Positions 40,397-55,397 of a stretch of DNA of 64,000 nt are shown one piece after another; position 1 is the stretch's first letter; each line of letters starts with the position of its first letter. The notes under the pieces were generated by a model. It worked only from the letters and a program-made list of their open reading frames with translations. It was not told where the DNA came from and made no database searches. This stretch comes from Octopus sinensis (lineage: Eukaryota). Location of the stretch: contig NC_043000.1 in assembly GCF_006345805.1 (NCBI RefSeq), forward strand, positions 130,634,001 through 130,698,000, given 5' to 3'. Made by a program: the position numbers and the translations under genes.

Positions 40397-42249
40397 TATT
40401 TCATAAAATTTGTCATCATAGACAGTACAAAGAGTGTGTAGCTTTGCGGGCTGGACAAACATATTAATGAATGAAAATGAAATAGAATGAATAGATGAGA
40501 GACGAAACCCAACACCCACCGATTGGATTTTTCTCGAAAACATATTTTCGTTTTTAAAAATCCACATGAGGTTTCAAACCTCTTACAAGAAGGAGGCACT
40601 AAAACCTCTTACTTAACATGTTTTTTTTAAACACACAATTGAGGTTATAGACCACTACAAATAATACAATAAGATGAGGTTTCAAACCCTATAACGAGGG
40701 TCTTTCACCTCCTACTCTTCGATATATCCATCGCTATCTGCGGAGGCCATTCGGGATCCCGTGTGAAGGGCATATCTACTGTCTCTTTATGTTCTTCTAC
40801 TATTTTTCCACCTCCCCGCCCTTATAGAAAAAGATAATTGATCATCTTTAAGAGTGGGGTGGTTTCTTCCACCGTGGGTGGCACAACTTCGGGACATGCA
40901 GACGGCACATAATCTTCCCGCTGAGATGACCCGTCCTTCTTCCTTCTTTTTTTTCTTTTCTTTCTGGTTTCGGGAGGGAGATCTTCCGCTTTGTCCGGAG
41001 ACTCTCCTCCGCTCCCGAAGCCTTAGGTTCCTTCGGCGGGCAACTAATGTCGCCCGCCTTCTTCCTTTTTAATCCTTTTGAGTTGAGGAGGCTGAAGCCT
41101 CCTCGACCACATCCACCTCTCCCTTTGACCGGGTAGGGGAGGTGGCATCTAGTGACTGTTCCACGATCTTACCATGGTCCTGGGGGCAGTCCCTTTTAAT
41201 GTGGCCTGGCTGCAGGCACAAGTGACACTTCGAGAGACGTTCCTCAAGTATCACCGGATACCTGCAGCCAGCCATTTTCAAGAAATCTGGAAAAACCAGA
41301 TCTGTTGCGGCCGATGGGGTCCACAGGGTCAAAATCGCTTTTGACCCTTCCCAATCGACCGCCGGCAATACCCTTACGTTTAAGAGCCTGGGCCCGCCAT
41401 CCCCCAGTCCCTGTCGGATGGTATCTTGAATCCAATCTGCTTCGATGCCTGGGGGTACTTTTCTTCCACAATATGACGGAAGGAACAGAATTTCCTTGCC
41501 TTCCAAAGGCTGACTCGCAAACTGGCGAGCCTTTTCCCCGTTGTCAAACAGAAACCATACGGTTGCATGTTTGACACCACGGGATATATATTTTAAAGAG
41601 GACAAATATTCTTTAAGTTCATTTTTTATGACTTGTTTTGGGAAGACGGTGATGGAATTAAGAACTTTAGAATAAGTTCTAAGTACCATCGTCTTCTCCT
41701 CCATATCTTTTAACCTCTGCTTAGGCGGGTTAATTTCCCACTCTAAGACAGTGTTTTTCTTTTTAAGTTCCTTCTCTGTCATGTCAAAAAACAGTTCAAA
41801 AGTAGTTCAAAAGACAGTCTGCCAAAAAATTAAACCGAATAAAAATAAAACAAAATAAAAGAGGAGGGGAGGAAACTGAAATTAAAGTAATGAAAAGAAG
41901 GAACCAAAATTTAGAAAGAAAGAAAAAAATAGAAGGGAAAAGTAAAAGAAAAACCTCACAAATAGCATAGACAGGGAATCATTTGTATAATACTCCAAAA
42001 AGGTAATCCAAATGGGCTTATTCTTATTTTTCTGGCGAGATACGCCCACTAGAATTTACAAAAAGAATTTTCAAGCAAAAATTCTCAAATCACCGTTACG
42101 GTGATGAGAACCCAGTATTTTGCTCACTATAGCGTGCCATACTTGACAATTTTTCTTTTTGTTCTTTTTTTCTATTCACGGACCCGAAACTCACATTTTC
42201 TCACTGTAACAGTCCAGACCAACTAGTGTTGCATTCTGGTTAACCGGAA
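40397..42249 (-). mobile_element. ORF1-only L1/Tx1-like non-autonomous retroelement (HAL1-like architecture)
   Basis: 15-bp TSD (14/15 match), 5' end TTCCGGTT, ~470-nt pyrimidine-rich 5' UTR, CCHC ORF1, no EN/RT remnant seen, ends at AATAAA. Confidence 0.8.
41069..41782 (-). CDS. ORF1/gag-like protein with CX2CX4HX4C knuckle
   Basis: CHLCLQPGHIKRDC preceded by an RRM-like region. A basic tail (LKRKKAG..KPERKEKKEGRR) continues in a shifted frame to ~40770. Confidence 0.8.
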   Translation of the reverse strand: MTEKELKKKNTVLEWEINPPKQRLKDMEEKTMVLRTYSKVLNSITVFPKQVIKNELKEYLSSLKYISRGVKHATVWFLFDNGEKARQFASQPLEGKEILFLPSYCGRKVPPGIEADWIQDTIRQGLGDGGPRLLNVRVLPAVDWEGSKAILTLWTPSAATDLVFPDFLKMAGCRYPVILEERLSKCHLCLQPGHIKRDCPQDHGKIVEQSLDATSPTRSKGEVDVVEEASASSTQKD

Positions 42250-43904
42250 GTAAGCAAGCTACTTACCACACAGCCAATGATAATTGTTATTATGAAGTGA
42301 CACATGCGCCATTTGCCTCTACTCAAATTTGTAGGACCTAACTACATAGGCAACAAAAGCTGAGTTTCAACATCAAAGCTTAACTACCACCCGATCGTTA
42401 GTGGATAAAAATTTCGCATTGCCCTCCTCAATATTTCTATATTTCGCAGCTCTCACACGAATAGAAGCTGATTTAGAGATTGCACCAGAATTATATTTCA
42501 ATGGCCGTTTGCCTTTATCCTCAGTCAATAATTTTTTTGCTTTATAAAGTCATACTCTCTGCAAATATTCGCTTCCCATAGCAAGGACCTCAAATTTCTT
42601 TATAACTTCCAGTCTGGTTCACAGATTAAGTCAAATGGTTTTCTTCTAAGGTAATTACTTTCCCTTGAAACTATATTAGAAAATTCAGAACTAAAAGATA
42701 TTATCCCTTGAATATCAAAGGAAATGGTTGTTTATGTAAGTTATATTGTGTTGCGTATTGTTCTTGTTGACACAGCATGCGCTATGTTATGGTATTGGAG
42801 CTACAAGTTCAGAATAAGTTTCAATCAAATATAAATATGCTGACTTTGGGATTTTTCAACCTGATACTTTATATTTGCATATATGAGTATTATCAGAGGA
42901 AGAAAATCAGACTATGCCATGTCGTTATAGAAAATGGAATGTATGATAAAGTCAGTTTTAGTTAATACACTTTCAAAGCCTTTATAATTACAACATGAAA
43001 ACTGAATTTATAAAAAAAATACTTAGTATAGAAAAAGAAAAGAAAACGTTAATGAGGAACATTCTGAACATGGATATACAGAAGATAAAGGGGGAATGAA
43101 TTAGGTCGAAAAGTAGACGAATTAAGACTAATTATTAATACAGAACCCTAGAACCTTTTCGGAAGAGTGTATAAATGCGAGTAGTGTAAAATCAGTATAT
43201 GTAGTTGTGAAATGCACTCGCCTTCCTTCCACATTGTTGCCACTCTCCAATTACATCGCCAACATCCAAGTACTTATAATGTCACTAGTAACTCTCTCAG
43301 ACTGAGAGTAAGGAAAATCAGTTTCTCGTTATGAGCAATGGACATATGACAAAGTTAGCATAATATTTATCATAAATATAGCATCTATTGTTGGCTGTGT
43401 AGCATTCATCTGGCAGAACTAAAATATGCGCCTCCGATACACAAAGATGGATGCGGACGTCAACACTAACAGGTAGTGTCAAAACACAGAATACGTCCAG
43501 TTTCACAGTCATTCGGATTAACAGTTAAGAGTTTATAAATCTTACTTCTAGGTGTCAAGAAATATCATATTTACATTCGTTTTTCAGACAAGCTCCTGTA
43601 ACGTTTTTATTGGCACAAATAAAATTCACTCTTTGAAGTTCTTCAACAGTGTCTGCACAAACAAGAGTTTCAGTTTAATATACTGCAGACGAATCGTTGT
43701 CAATATTTACCTGCAGTATTTTCTACATATATAAAATACAGATTCAGGAGGTGTATGAAAGTGGTTGAACATAAAAGTTTCCTTCTTTCGTGTAAATCAT
43801 ATTTAAACTTCCGGTTATATGTATCGATCCACTTCGCTCCGAAGCAGCGGTCATTACGAAGCTATTCAATGATATATACGCACAAAAAATAAATGTGCTC
43901 GTTC

Positions 43905-44345
<441 letters not shown>

Positions 44346-44764
44346 GTATCCTAGTCACATTATTTAGTAAGAATTATAATTCTCCTTTTGGGTGAAACAT
44401 TGCAACCTGTTTTTTATATTATTCATACACATTAGCGAATCGCTAAGTCATCCATTAATGTGCATCACGAAATCATATATTCTAATAGAAAAGCAAGTCC
44501 AGAAAAGGCCGAAGAATCGAGCGAGCTTAACTGACGTCAATATTAAGAATTCTCGATCGGCATTTTTCGGACTTTTGAGCTCTCTGTTAGTGTATATGTT
44601 TTTCGTTCATCTGCGTTAGCTACAGCAGATGTGCATTTTAGCACTTATTTCTAGCAATGTAGGTGTTTGTAAACACCCTAGTTAACCATAGTCACATTTA
44701 GTGGCAATTATAATTCTCCGTCTTGGCGAAACATTGTAACCTGCCGTTGATATTAGTTAATTTG

Positions 44765-45891
<1,127 letters not shown>

Positions 45892-45963
45892 TTCTTTAAC
45901 TCCCAAGAAAGAATATATATATTTTCAAAAATCAAAAGAAAAACAAACAAAAGAAAAACAAAC

Positions 45964-47186
45964 ATGACTAACTTGCAGGCCTGCAACAGACGAAATTGGT
46001 CTGATAACGAAATTGATGTTTTAATAACACATGGTTCTCTCTTTCCCAAACAGAAAATCTAAATGTTTTGTGTTTGAATGAGATTGCCGAAAAAACATCA
46101 CAAGTGGTCAACACACGATCCGTCAAACAGATTCGTAGCAAACTGAAACATATCGAAGTATCTTTCAAACTGACAAAAGGCCATTATGAAAAGCTTCTTC
46201 ATATTTTCACAGCTCAAGAACAGCAACAGCTAGAAAATCAGCAGCCACAACAACAACAACAACAGAATGAGCCACTCCTGGTTCCCAGCACAATGGCTGA
46301 CCCTAACATCGGTCAAGCACAACAACAACAACAACAGCCACAGCAACAAGAACAACAACAGCCACTCCTCAACTCTAGCTTACTAGATGATTCACTAAAT
46401 GCCAGTATCTTTTCACCGCTCTCACGGCAACCACCACAATTATCATCATCATCATCACCACCGCTGCCACCATCGTCTTCTATCACCAAAAATACCAACA
46501 GAAAACCAAATAAGAAACCACTGCCCTCTTCCCCCACATCACCACCTCAATACTACTGCAGTAACAAAAACTTAAAGAAACATATGAAGCAGAATGCGCC
46601 CCCCACGGCACAAACAAGAAATCCCCAAATATGCCGCTATTCACTGCGCCAGAGACTCTGCACAAATAGTGACTGCATCTTCACGCATCTACCCGGCACT
46701 AGACGCACTACCGGCCAAAGCACGCATCCCACAATAACATCAACACCACCAAATAGTAAATCGAAATTCAAAACACACACAACTCGGAGTCCCAAAATCT
46801 GCCGGTATTCCCAACGTGAGAGAACATGTCTGCTGAGTGACTGTCCCTTCACTCATCTTCCAGGGACCCGACGCACAAACAGAAACGGGGCTTCAAGCCA
46901 ACACACAAACCTGAATAAAAATAAAAATAGAAACACACCATGCTGCAGTAATGCTGGTCCAGTCTTTTCAGGAAGACACAAAAACAACAACAACAAAAGT
47001 GGAAACTACAACCCTATCCAACAGTGCAACCACACCTCCAGCCAAAAACTGCTCCCTAAGCAGGAAAATTCTTTTTTAGCCATGTTGAACATGGCAAAAG
47101 AGATACACAAAAACATTCTAGCCATCACTCAACACCATCCTATGCTATTACCCCAGTGCACCAATTCCCCACATTGCTGCCACTAA
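45964..47186 (+). CDS. LINE ORF1: Myb/SANT-like N-terminus, poly-Q/P/S linker, two C-x8-C-x4-C-x3-H fingers (1-nt frameshift at ~46025)
   Basis: Joined frames give [38 protein letters not shown]; fingers [19 protein letters not shown] and [19 protein letters not shown]. Confidence 0.8.
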
Positions 47187-50100
47187 CACACACAAAAAAT
47201 CCAAGCCCCCTGCAACAGTCAAAACCAGCCACTACACTAACCTCCACATTCCTACTCAATGCACAAGGTGTCAGCCCTTCCATCAATGCACAAAAATGGA
47301 AGGTCCAATTCATTGAAGACTGGGTTGGTAACCATTCACACCACATCCCTTTCTTCATTCTCACTGAGACCCACCTTGACAACTCCCACTTGGAAGCCGA
47401 AGTGAGAGTGAAGAATTTCACAACCATCCGCGCGGATCGTATCGGCAGGAGGAAGGGTGGAACTGCCATTTTCCTGCATGATTCATTTACGGCAGATGGA
47501 AATAGTATATTCTCCAACGGCTACTGTGAATCAGTCACCGTGCACAACAAAGCCAATGACCTGACAGTAATTGGGCTCTATAGGCCTCCCCAAACACCCA
47601 TACTGTGCTTTAAAGAATGCCTCAACAGCATTAAGTGCTTTATTCAACAGTGCCATTCTAGCAACATACTCATGATGGGAGACTTCAATCTACCCTGTGT
47701 TGACTGGACTACAAACTGTTTGAAACCAAGCACTCCCGCCTCAACCGCTGACAAAGAAGCAGCAGAGTCACTTTTCGACTTTACGAATGAGTTTTTCTTG
47801 TCCCAACTTGTCCTTGCACCAACAAGACATCAGAACATTTTGGACCTAGTGTTTAGTAACCACACTAACACTATACATAACGTTACAGTGGAAAAAACCC
47901 TTCTTTCAGACCATGACATGGTTCTCTGTAACATGAAATTCCACCAGCCGAAAGCTAATCCTAGTGACCTTCCTCCAGCCCACCCATTTGACAACATGGA
48001 TCTCCATAATGCCAACTGGGATGCAATCAAGAACGAGCTATCACATGTTGACTGGTCCTTTACACATACACACATCTCCACCAACCATAAAACATCTTGG
48101 CAGCACTTTGTAGACACCGTCACAGACATATGTGCAAAACACTCCCCACCAAGACCTGTGAACAAAAAGTGCAGAATCCCCCAAAACAGAAAAACCATTA
48201 TCAGGAAAATAAAAAGAACAAACAAAAAAATTAACAAACTAAAGTACTGCCAACAGCAACACACACATTCGACGGCTATCGCACTGCTTGAATCCAAAAA
48301 ATATAACCTCCAACAATGCATGAAGACCCTCATCAATAACCAAAGATCAGCTGAGGAGAAGTGGGCCATTGAAAAAATCAAACTCAACCCCAAAGTGTTC
48401 TTTTCATTTGCGAGGAAACGCAGGGTCACTGTCTCCACTGTAGGCCCTCTAATTGACGAAACTGGCACTCTCCAAGATAATGCCAAATCCATGGCCGAGA
48501 TACTGCAGAAACAATACTGCTCTGTTTTCAGCAATCCTGATATGGCCGATCTGGGCTGTATCAGTGATGTCAACCCCCAACACACTATATCGGACATAAC
48601 GTTTAGTGACCCTGATGTCTTAGCGGCGATAAACGAAATAAAACACAATTCAGCAGTAGGCCCCGATAGGTTCCCTGCTTGTGTCCTGAAGGTGTGTCGA
48701 CACCAACTTGCATCTCCCCTTGCTAATCTGTGGAGAAACTCACTGGATGCTGGCTATATTCCAAAAAACCTTCTGTCCCAGTCTGTTGTCCCAGTTTTCA
48801 AAAAGGGAAACAAGTCCCTTGCAGTGAATTACCGTCCGATCTCACTCACCTCTCATATCATCAAGGTATTTGAGAGGGTGGTGAGATCTCGAATAACCCA
48901 ATTTCTGGAAAGCAACAGACGGCTGATCTCCAACCAACATGGGTTCCGTAATGGAAGGGACTGCCTAACGCAGCTCCTGCATCACTTTGAGGACATTTTG
49001 AGAGCTTTGGGAGAGGGCTCCAACACCGATGTCATCTACCTTGATTTCAGTAAGGCCTTCGACAGGGTCGATCACAAGATCCTATTGAAAAAACTATCCA
49101 ACATTGGTGTCTCTGGAAAGTTACTGAAATGGATCAAGTGTTTCCTGACAGACAGATCTCAACATGTTGTAGTTGAAGGGGTAAAATCAAGCCCAGCCAA
49201 AGTCAGTAGTGGCGTTCCGCAAGGCACTGTGCTGGGCCCACTTCTTTTCATCATTTACATTAATGACATTAATGACATCATCAAGCACAGCAACATAAAA
49301 ATCTTTGCAGATGACTCCAAGCTACGGAAGGTCATAAATGAGGCGAGTGACCGGACATGCCTTCAGTCAGATCTACTGGCTGTTATCCAATGGGCAGAAA
49401 AAAACAATATGCTGCTCAACGCGGATAAATTTGAGCTAATCCACTTTGGAAAAGAGGATGCCCTGAAACTCCCATACTCCCTTCCTTCAGGTGAAACTCT
49501 CGCGGCGTCCAACAACATCAGAGACTTGGGAGTAATTGTGGACAACAACATAAGCTGGGCCACTCATATAAACACCAAAGTTGACATGGCCCGCAGAATG
49601 TGTTCCTGGATTCTCAGAACTTTCCAGTCGAGAGATATCCACACCATTATCCTTCTCTTCTCCACTTTTGCCCGACCCCACCTTGAATACTGTTGTCCAC
49701 TGTGGTCTCCCCACACAATACAAGGTATCATAAAAGTTGAAGCACCTCAAAGGGCAATCACAAAAAAGATAGATGGCATGACAGGCCTCGACTATTGGGG
49801 TCGACTAGAAAAGCTGAAACTCTATTCTTTCCAACGTCGTCGTGAGCGCTACATCATCTGCATGATGTGGAAAATATTCCATCAGCATTGCCCAAATGAT
49901 GTTGGCATCACCTTTAAGGTACATCCAAGGCTTGGGCCCCGTGCCATCCGCCCAAAACAAACAAAAATCGCACTCTCATCTCATAACAACAATACGGCAC
50001 AATTATTTCACCTCAATTGGCCCCGCTCTCTTTAACATTACACCAAAACACATTAAAACAGAAACTGACCCTATAGGGTTCAAGAAGTCTTTGGACAGAT

Positions 50101-50195
50101 TCCTTCAAGAAATCCCGGATAAACCCCCTACACCCGGATATGTCTCTGTAAACAATAACTCTCTACTTGAGTGGGCCATAGTGCCCAAATTCTGA
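47156..50195 (+). CDS. LINE ORF2: AP endonuclease plus reverse transcriptase (4-bp ACAA duplication at ~49957 shifts the C-terminus)
   Basis: APE LTETHL, GLYRPP, MGDFN, LDLVF, SDHD; RT YRPISLTS, YLDFSKAFDRV, PQGTVLGPLLF, IFADD; tail SIGPALFN..FKKSLDRFL in the frame ending at 50195. Confidence 0.95.
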
Positions 50196-51020
50196 CTTGA
50201 AAGACTTCACCAGGTGGTGCTATTAAGTTAGACATGGCCTGGGCCAATAATGGCCGAAACCTATCAAAGTATCAAAGTAAGTATACACGCATGTAAATAT
50301 ATGCATGTATATAGCTAGTTCATAGTTACATATATATTTGTGTGTACGTGTGTATGTATGTATGTATGTATGTATGTATGTATGTATGAACATGTACACA
50401 CATACGCGCTCACAAATGTGTGTGTATTTTTGTACGCGTGCAGGTAGATAAATAGAAACATACATACATATATACATGCATGCTTACATCTATACGTACG
50501 TACGTACATACATACTTATTGCGACATTGCCACTCATACAGAGGAGGACATGCATACAAACATACATGCATACACACATACATACATACATACATACATA
50601 CATACATACATACATACATACATACATACATACATACATACATACATACATACATAGAAACCCACTAAAATTTTCTACAGTTTTCAATAACACAGTGTTC
50701 ACTTTGCGATGATTAACTTTCGGTTTTCTATTCTATATATTGTAATTCTAAACACTAACAGATTTCAATTTTATGTCATTTCCCACTGTGACACTATTTA
50801 AAGTTTCATTTTGAAGCTTTATTGCCTTTTGCTATTTCCATCTGTTACTTAAATTTCGTCCTCGATATCTAAGCTATATTTGAATATTTCCGCCATATGT
50901 AATCATAGACTTCCCCATACACACATGACAGTTTGCGTATACATATACAAATGCATATGCATGTTATATATATATATATATGGTGCCAAATATATATATA
51001 TATATATTATATATATATAT

Positions 51021-51072
<52 letters not shown>

Positions 51073-51123
51073 GTAGATAAATGGATAGATGGATAGATGG
51101 ATGGATAGATAGATAGATAGATC

Positions 51124-51171
<48 letters not shown>

Positions 51172-51229
51172 TAGATATAGATATGTATATGTATCTATAT
51201 CTATATCTATTTATCTATCGATATATATG

Positions 51230-51269
<40 letters not shown>

Positions 51270-51315
51270 CATATATATATATGTGTGTGTATGTATATCT
51301 ATCTATATATCTCTT

Positions 51316-51422
<107 letters not shown>

Positions 51423-51466
51423 TATATAATATTTATTTCAAGCTTCATTTAATTTTCTTTTCAAAG

Positions 51467-51504
51467 AACTGTTTGCACGTTGGGTATTCAGAGATCACCA
51501 TTTC
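51467..51504 (+). CDS. candidate micro-exon
   Basis: Acceptor tttaattttcttttcaaAG and donor TTC|GTAAGT; 38 nt, open in two frames. Confidence 0.3.
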
Positions 51505-52145
51505 GTAAGTTTCCAATATATTTACAAAAATGACAATTGTTAAAAGTGTCGCGGTACAATAGTATTTGTATGAGGAAACACTTATTGTACAAACATCATG
51601 CTTTACATCCTGGAGAGCAGATGCTGTAAGAGTGAGGCACTGCATTTTTTAATTCTATTTCAGTTCTTCTGATTTATACTGCGATGTGCGTGACTTATAT
51701 GTTATAGTGTTTAACGAGCCTCCAAATGCTCAAATATGAAAATGTGGCAATCCAACAGAAGTCTGGCGTATGTTATGACCGCTTCATATAATGGCTGATC
51801 GGTAGTACTGATTGTGTCTTCTCTGAGAAACGCTCAACACACTATGAAACAGTCCATCGTATATCTGTCCCTTAGCTGCACCTCAATACTATACAAAAAA
51901 TCGTACTTACGTTGTTATTTTATACACATACTCTTACAGAAACACACAGAGAGAAACAAAGACACGTAGACACATCGTACACACTCATACACACACACAC
52001 ACACCACACGCGCGCATCATTCTAGTTGTCTTTGTTTCTCGAGTTTGAGAATTTCATTCCTCTTCTTTTGAAAAGAGTATCAGCAAGCCGCCTTAAATAA
52101 CTATAAAAAAAATTAATACATTATTATAATAGAGAGAAATAAGAG

Positions 52146-52352
52146 TCTGAGGAACTTGCACAAAGTAGATGTAGGGTTTTTGAAATCAAAGCTGGACCTC
52201 TTCCTATCGAGAGTCCCAGATGAACCTACCTCATGGCAAGAGGTGCAAACGAGGGTAGCTATATCAAACTCCATTCTTCACCAAATGCCGTATATTAGAG
52301 GAGGATCTTAGTAATAACAGTGTAGCAAAACGGCGGTGCTGATGCACCGCCG
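52146..52352 (+). mobile_element. 3' end of a second CR1-group LINE
   Basis: LRNLHKVDVGFLKSKLDLFLSRVPDEP aligns with the ORF2 tail at 50050-50195; 3' UTR hairpin GGCGGTG-ctgatg-CACCGCC. Confidence 0.75.
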
Positions 52353-52600
52353 CAGCTCTTAGCTGAGACTAGAGAGAAAAAATATTATTTCATCTCCAAA
52401 GGTTTTAAAAGCGAAGACACGTTGCTACGAGGTTAAAGACCCTTTCCTCGGACAGGGTAGCGTGTTGCGCACTTCAGCTCTTAGCTGAAACTACAGAGAA
52501 AAAATATTATTTCATTTCCAAAGGTTTAAAAAAGCGAAGACACGCTGCTACGAGGTTAAAGATCCTTTCCTCGGACAGGGTAGTGTGTTGCGCACTTCAG
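52353..52600. repeat. tandem duplication, ~122-bp unit x2
   Basis: Units start at 52353 and 52475; about 90% or more identical by eye. Confidence 0.9.
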
Positions 52601-53128
52601 TAAAACACTTCATTCCAAACTGCGCCAATTAATTTAGTTGCGAGTACTCCTGTGGCTGACTGACGTCCCGTGTAAAGAGTATATTTTGAGCTTGATCACT
52701 TATCCACTACAGAAGCCAGGTAACCGAGTCTATGAGTTCTATGATTCGAGACTGTACTTACTTATACTGTTATAAGGCCAAAGAATACATTACAGTTCAA
52801 TAATTTTAATTCGTATAGCTAAGACCTTTACGAAATTCAACCAAAGGCATATAATGCCTTTAGGTTTTATAGATTGAGTTTGAAACATAAAAGTTCTTGA
52901 ACTATAAATACTCCAGCTTGAATAAGTTCGAGGCGAATTTTATGCTCCATTAATGTATGCATCCATTTTACAAAACCCAAATATATAGATTATATGTGTG
53001 TGGTATGTGTGTGTGAGTGTGTGTGTGAATGCGAGTGTGTGTATACGAGTGTGAGTGTGTGTGTGTGAGTGTGTGTGTGCGAGTGTGTGTGAGTGTGTGT
53101 GTATGTGAGTGTGTGTGAGTGTGTGTGT

Positions 53129-53185
<57 letters not shown>

Positions 53186-53296
53186 AATGTGGAGGAAAGT
53201 ACTTAACTTTCCCTCACACAATTTGATAAGCTGACCAAAAGAAACTTCAAAGCCTGTTATCTTTTACTATCCGGTACATTTTATGTACGTATACAT

Positions 53297-53327
<31 letters not shown>

Positions 53328-54215
53328 AACACACACACACATATATATATCCCACTCTCTCTCCATATGCATACATATGTGTGTGTGCGTGTGTGCGAAT
53401 CAGTTTGTGAATAAGTTTGTATCTATGTACATATAGATATGTATACACGTATACATACATACACACGCACACATATATATGTGTGTGTATACATACACAT
53501 ACATTATGTATATATTGTATGTATGCATGCATGTATGTATGAATGTATGTATGTACGTATGTATCTATCTATCTAATCTATCTATGTACCTATGCATATG
53601 TGTGTATGTATATACGTATTTATTAATGATAAGTCACCTGTAAAATTTCGATATGTCATTGAGAGCGCAGAAATGAAAGGAGAAATATTATAGAAATATC
53701 ATAGAAATATCGAAATTCTGGATTTTAAGTTTATCAATTTAGCCACCTTTCATGATAAAATGATATTATTTTTTATAACATTGCCATGTATACAGAATTA
53801 TACGTTGACAATTAAACCCAGCAGCGCGGAAATATTAAATTTATCATTTGATAAATCTCTTGCTTCATATGATCGTTGAAGATTTGGGAGTTTTGTGTGT
53901 AAAATGAAAATATAACCCAAGGATGTATCACACGTGAAATTTCTCATAAAACTTTACAATCTATTTTATAGTAAATTTAAATTGCGTGAAGTAAACTTAA
54001 ATAGCGAAGCAAGCGACCAAATAGAACGTCAACAAACATGTTTAAACTACTAAGTCATGAGCTGTAAAGCTGTATAACTCATAACATGATAAAATATTGC
54101 CCCCATATGTATATTCAGGAATATACATGTGTACGTAAATATATACATACGTGAGTGATAGACAGTCAGACAGACAGACAACAGAGAGTCAGACAGACGA
54201 TTGGACAGACAGATG

Positions 54216-54310
<95 letters not shown>

Positions 54311-54502
54311 TTTTATATATGTACGTATTCGCCTACACAACACACGACACAAGCACCTCCATGAACGCACACGCACAAGGGAGTGCACACATCCATATAA
54401 AAACGCACACATACACTACATCCATACACACATATGTATACTGGTGAAATATATATTTTAGATTAATATATTTTAAAAATGTAAATGTTATAATATTTAT
54501 AA

Positions 54503-54898
54503 TTGTGTGGTAAGTAGCTTGCTAACCAACCACATGGTTCCGGGTTCAGTCCCACCGCGTGGCACATTGGGCAAGTGTCTTCTGCTATAGCCCCAGGCCG
54601 ACCAATGCCTTGTGAGTGGATTTGGTAGACGGAAACTGAAAGAAGCCTGTCGTATATATGTATATATATATGTATGTGTGTGTGTTTGTGTGTCTGTGTT
54701 TGTCCCCCTAGCATTACTTGACAACCGATGCTAGTGTGTTTACGTCCGCGTCAACTAGCGGTTCGGCAAAAAGAGACCGATAGAATAAGTACTGGGCTTA
54801 CAAAGAATAAGTCCCGGGATCGATTTGCTCGACTAAAGGCGGTGCTCCAGCATGGCCGCAGTCAAATGACTGAAACAAGTAAAAGAATAAAAGAATAT
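54503..54898 (+). mobile_element. family B CORE-like SINE, near full length
   Basis: tgtgtggtaag..ggttcagtccc..ttgggcaagtg head through the gtaaaagaataaaagaata tail. Confidence 0.88.
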
Positions 54899-55257
54899 CT
54901 GTGTGTGGGTGGGTGTATGTGTTTGTGCATATGTATATACGTGTAAATGTATTTGTGCGTATGTGTGGGATTCAATGAAGACAGGAACTATACGGGGCTA
55001 CATCCCGCTTCTTACATGAATAGTACAGTGATCGTGTGGGCTTGTATAGCGTATTGTGCACAATCGGGCAATCGTTGAATCACTCCAGCCGGAACGTTGA
55101 CCGGATCAAGCATGGTACGCGATAAATCCCATCCGTATAATGCACGAGCATCAAAATTGAAGTAGCACACGTATAATTCATGTATTCTTTAATTGATGTT
55201 TATCCCTCATTGTATAGAAGACCTTTTCCCGATCTTTTCAAAAATTAAAGAGTATAC

Positions 55258-55314
<57 letters not shown>

Positions 55315-55397
55315 CTATCTATCTGTCTGTCTATCTATCTACCTATCTGTCTCTCTCTCTCTCTTTCTCTCTCTCTCTACATATATATATATATATA

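Noticed and set aside
43540-43870. Minus-strand exon-like segments (..[17 protein letters not shown]-prodomain-like; TVEELQRVNFIC..)
   Set aside because: In-frame stop with no suitable donor; similarity is only a few residues.
47140-48648. Long minus-strand ORFs (125 and 272 aa) and similar antisense ORFs over the Helitron
   Set aside because: Shadow frames of the LINE ORF2 and RepHel coding sequences.
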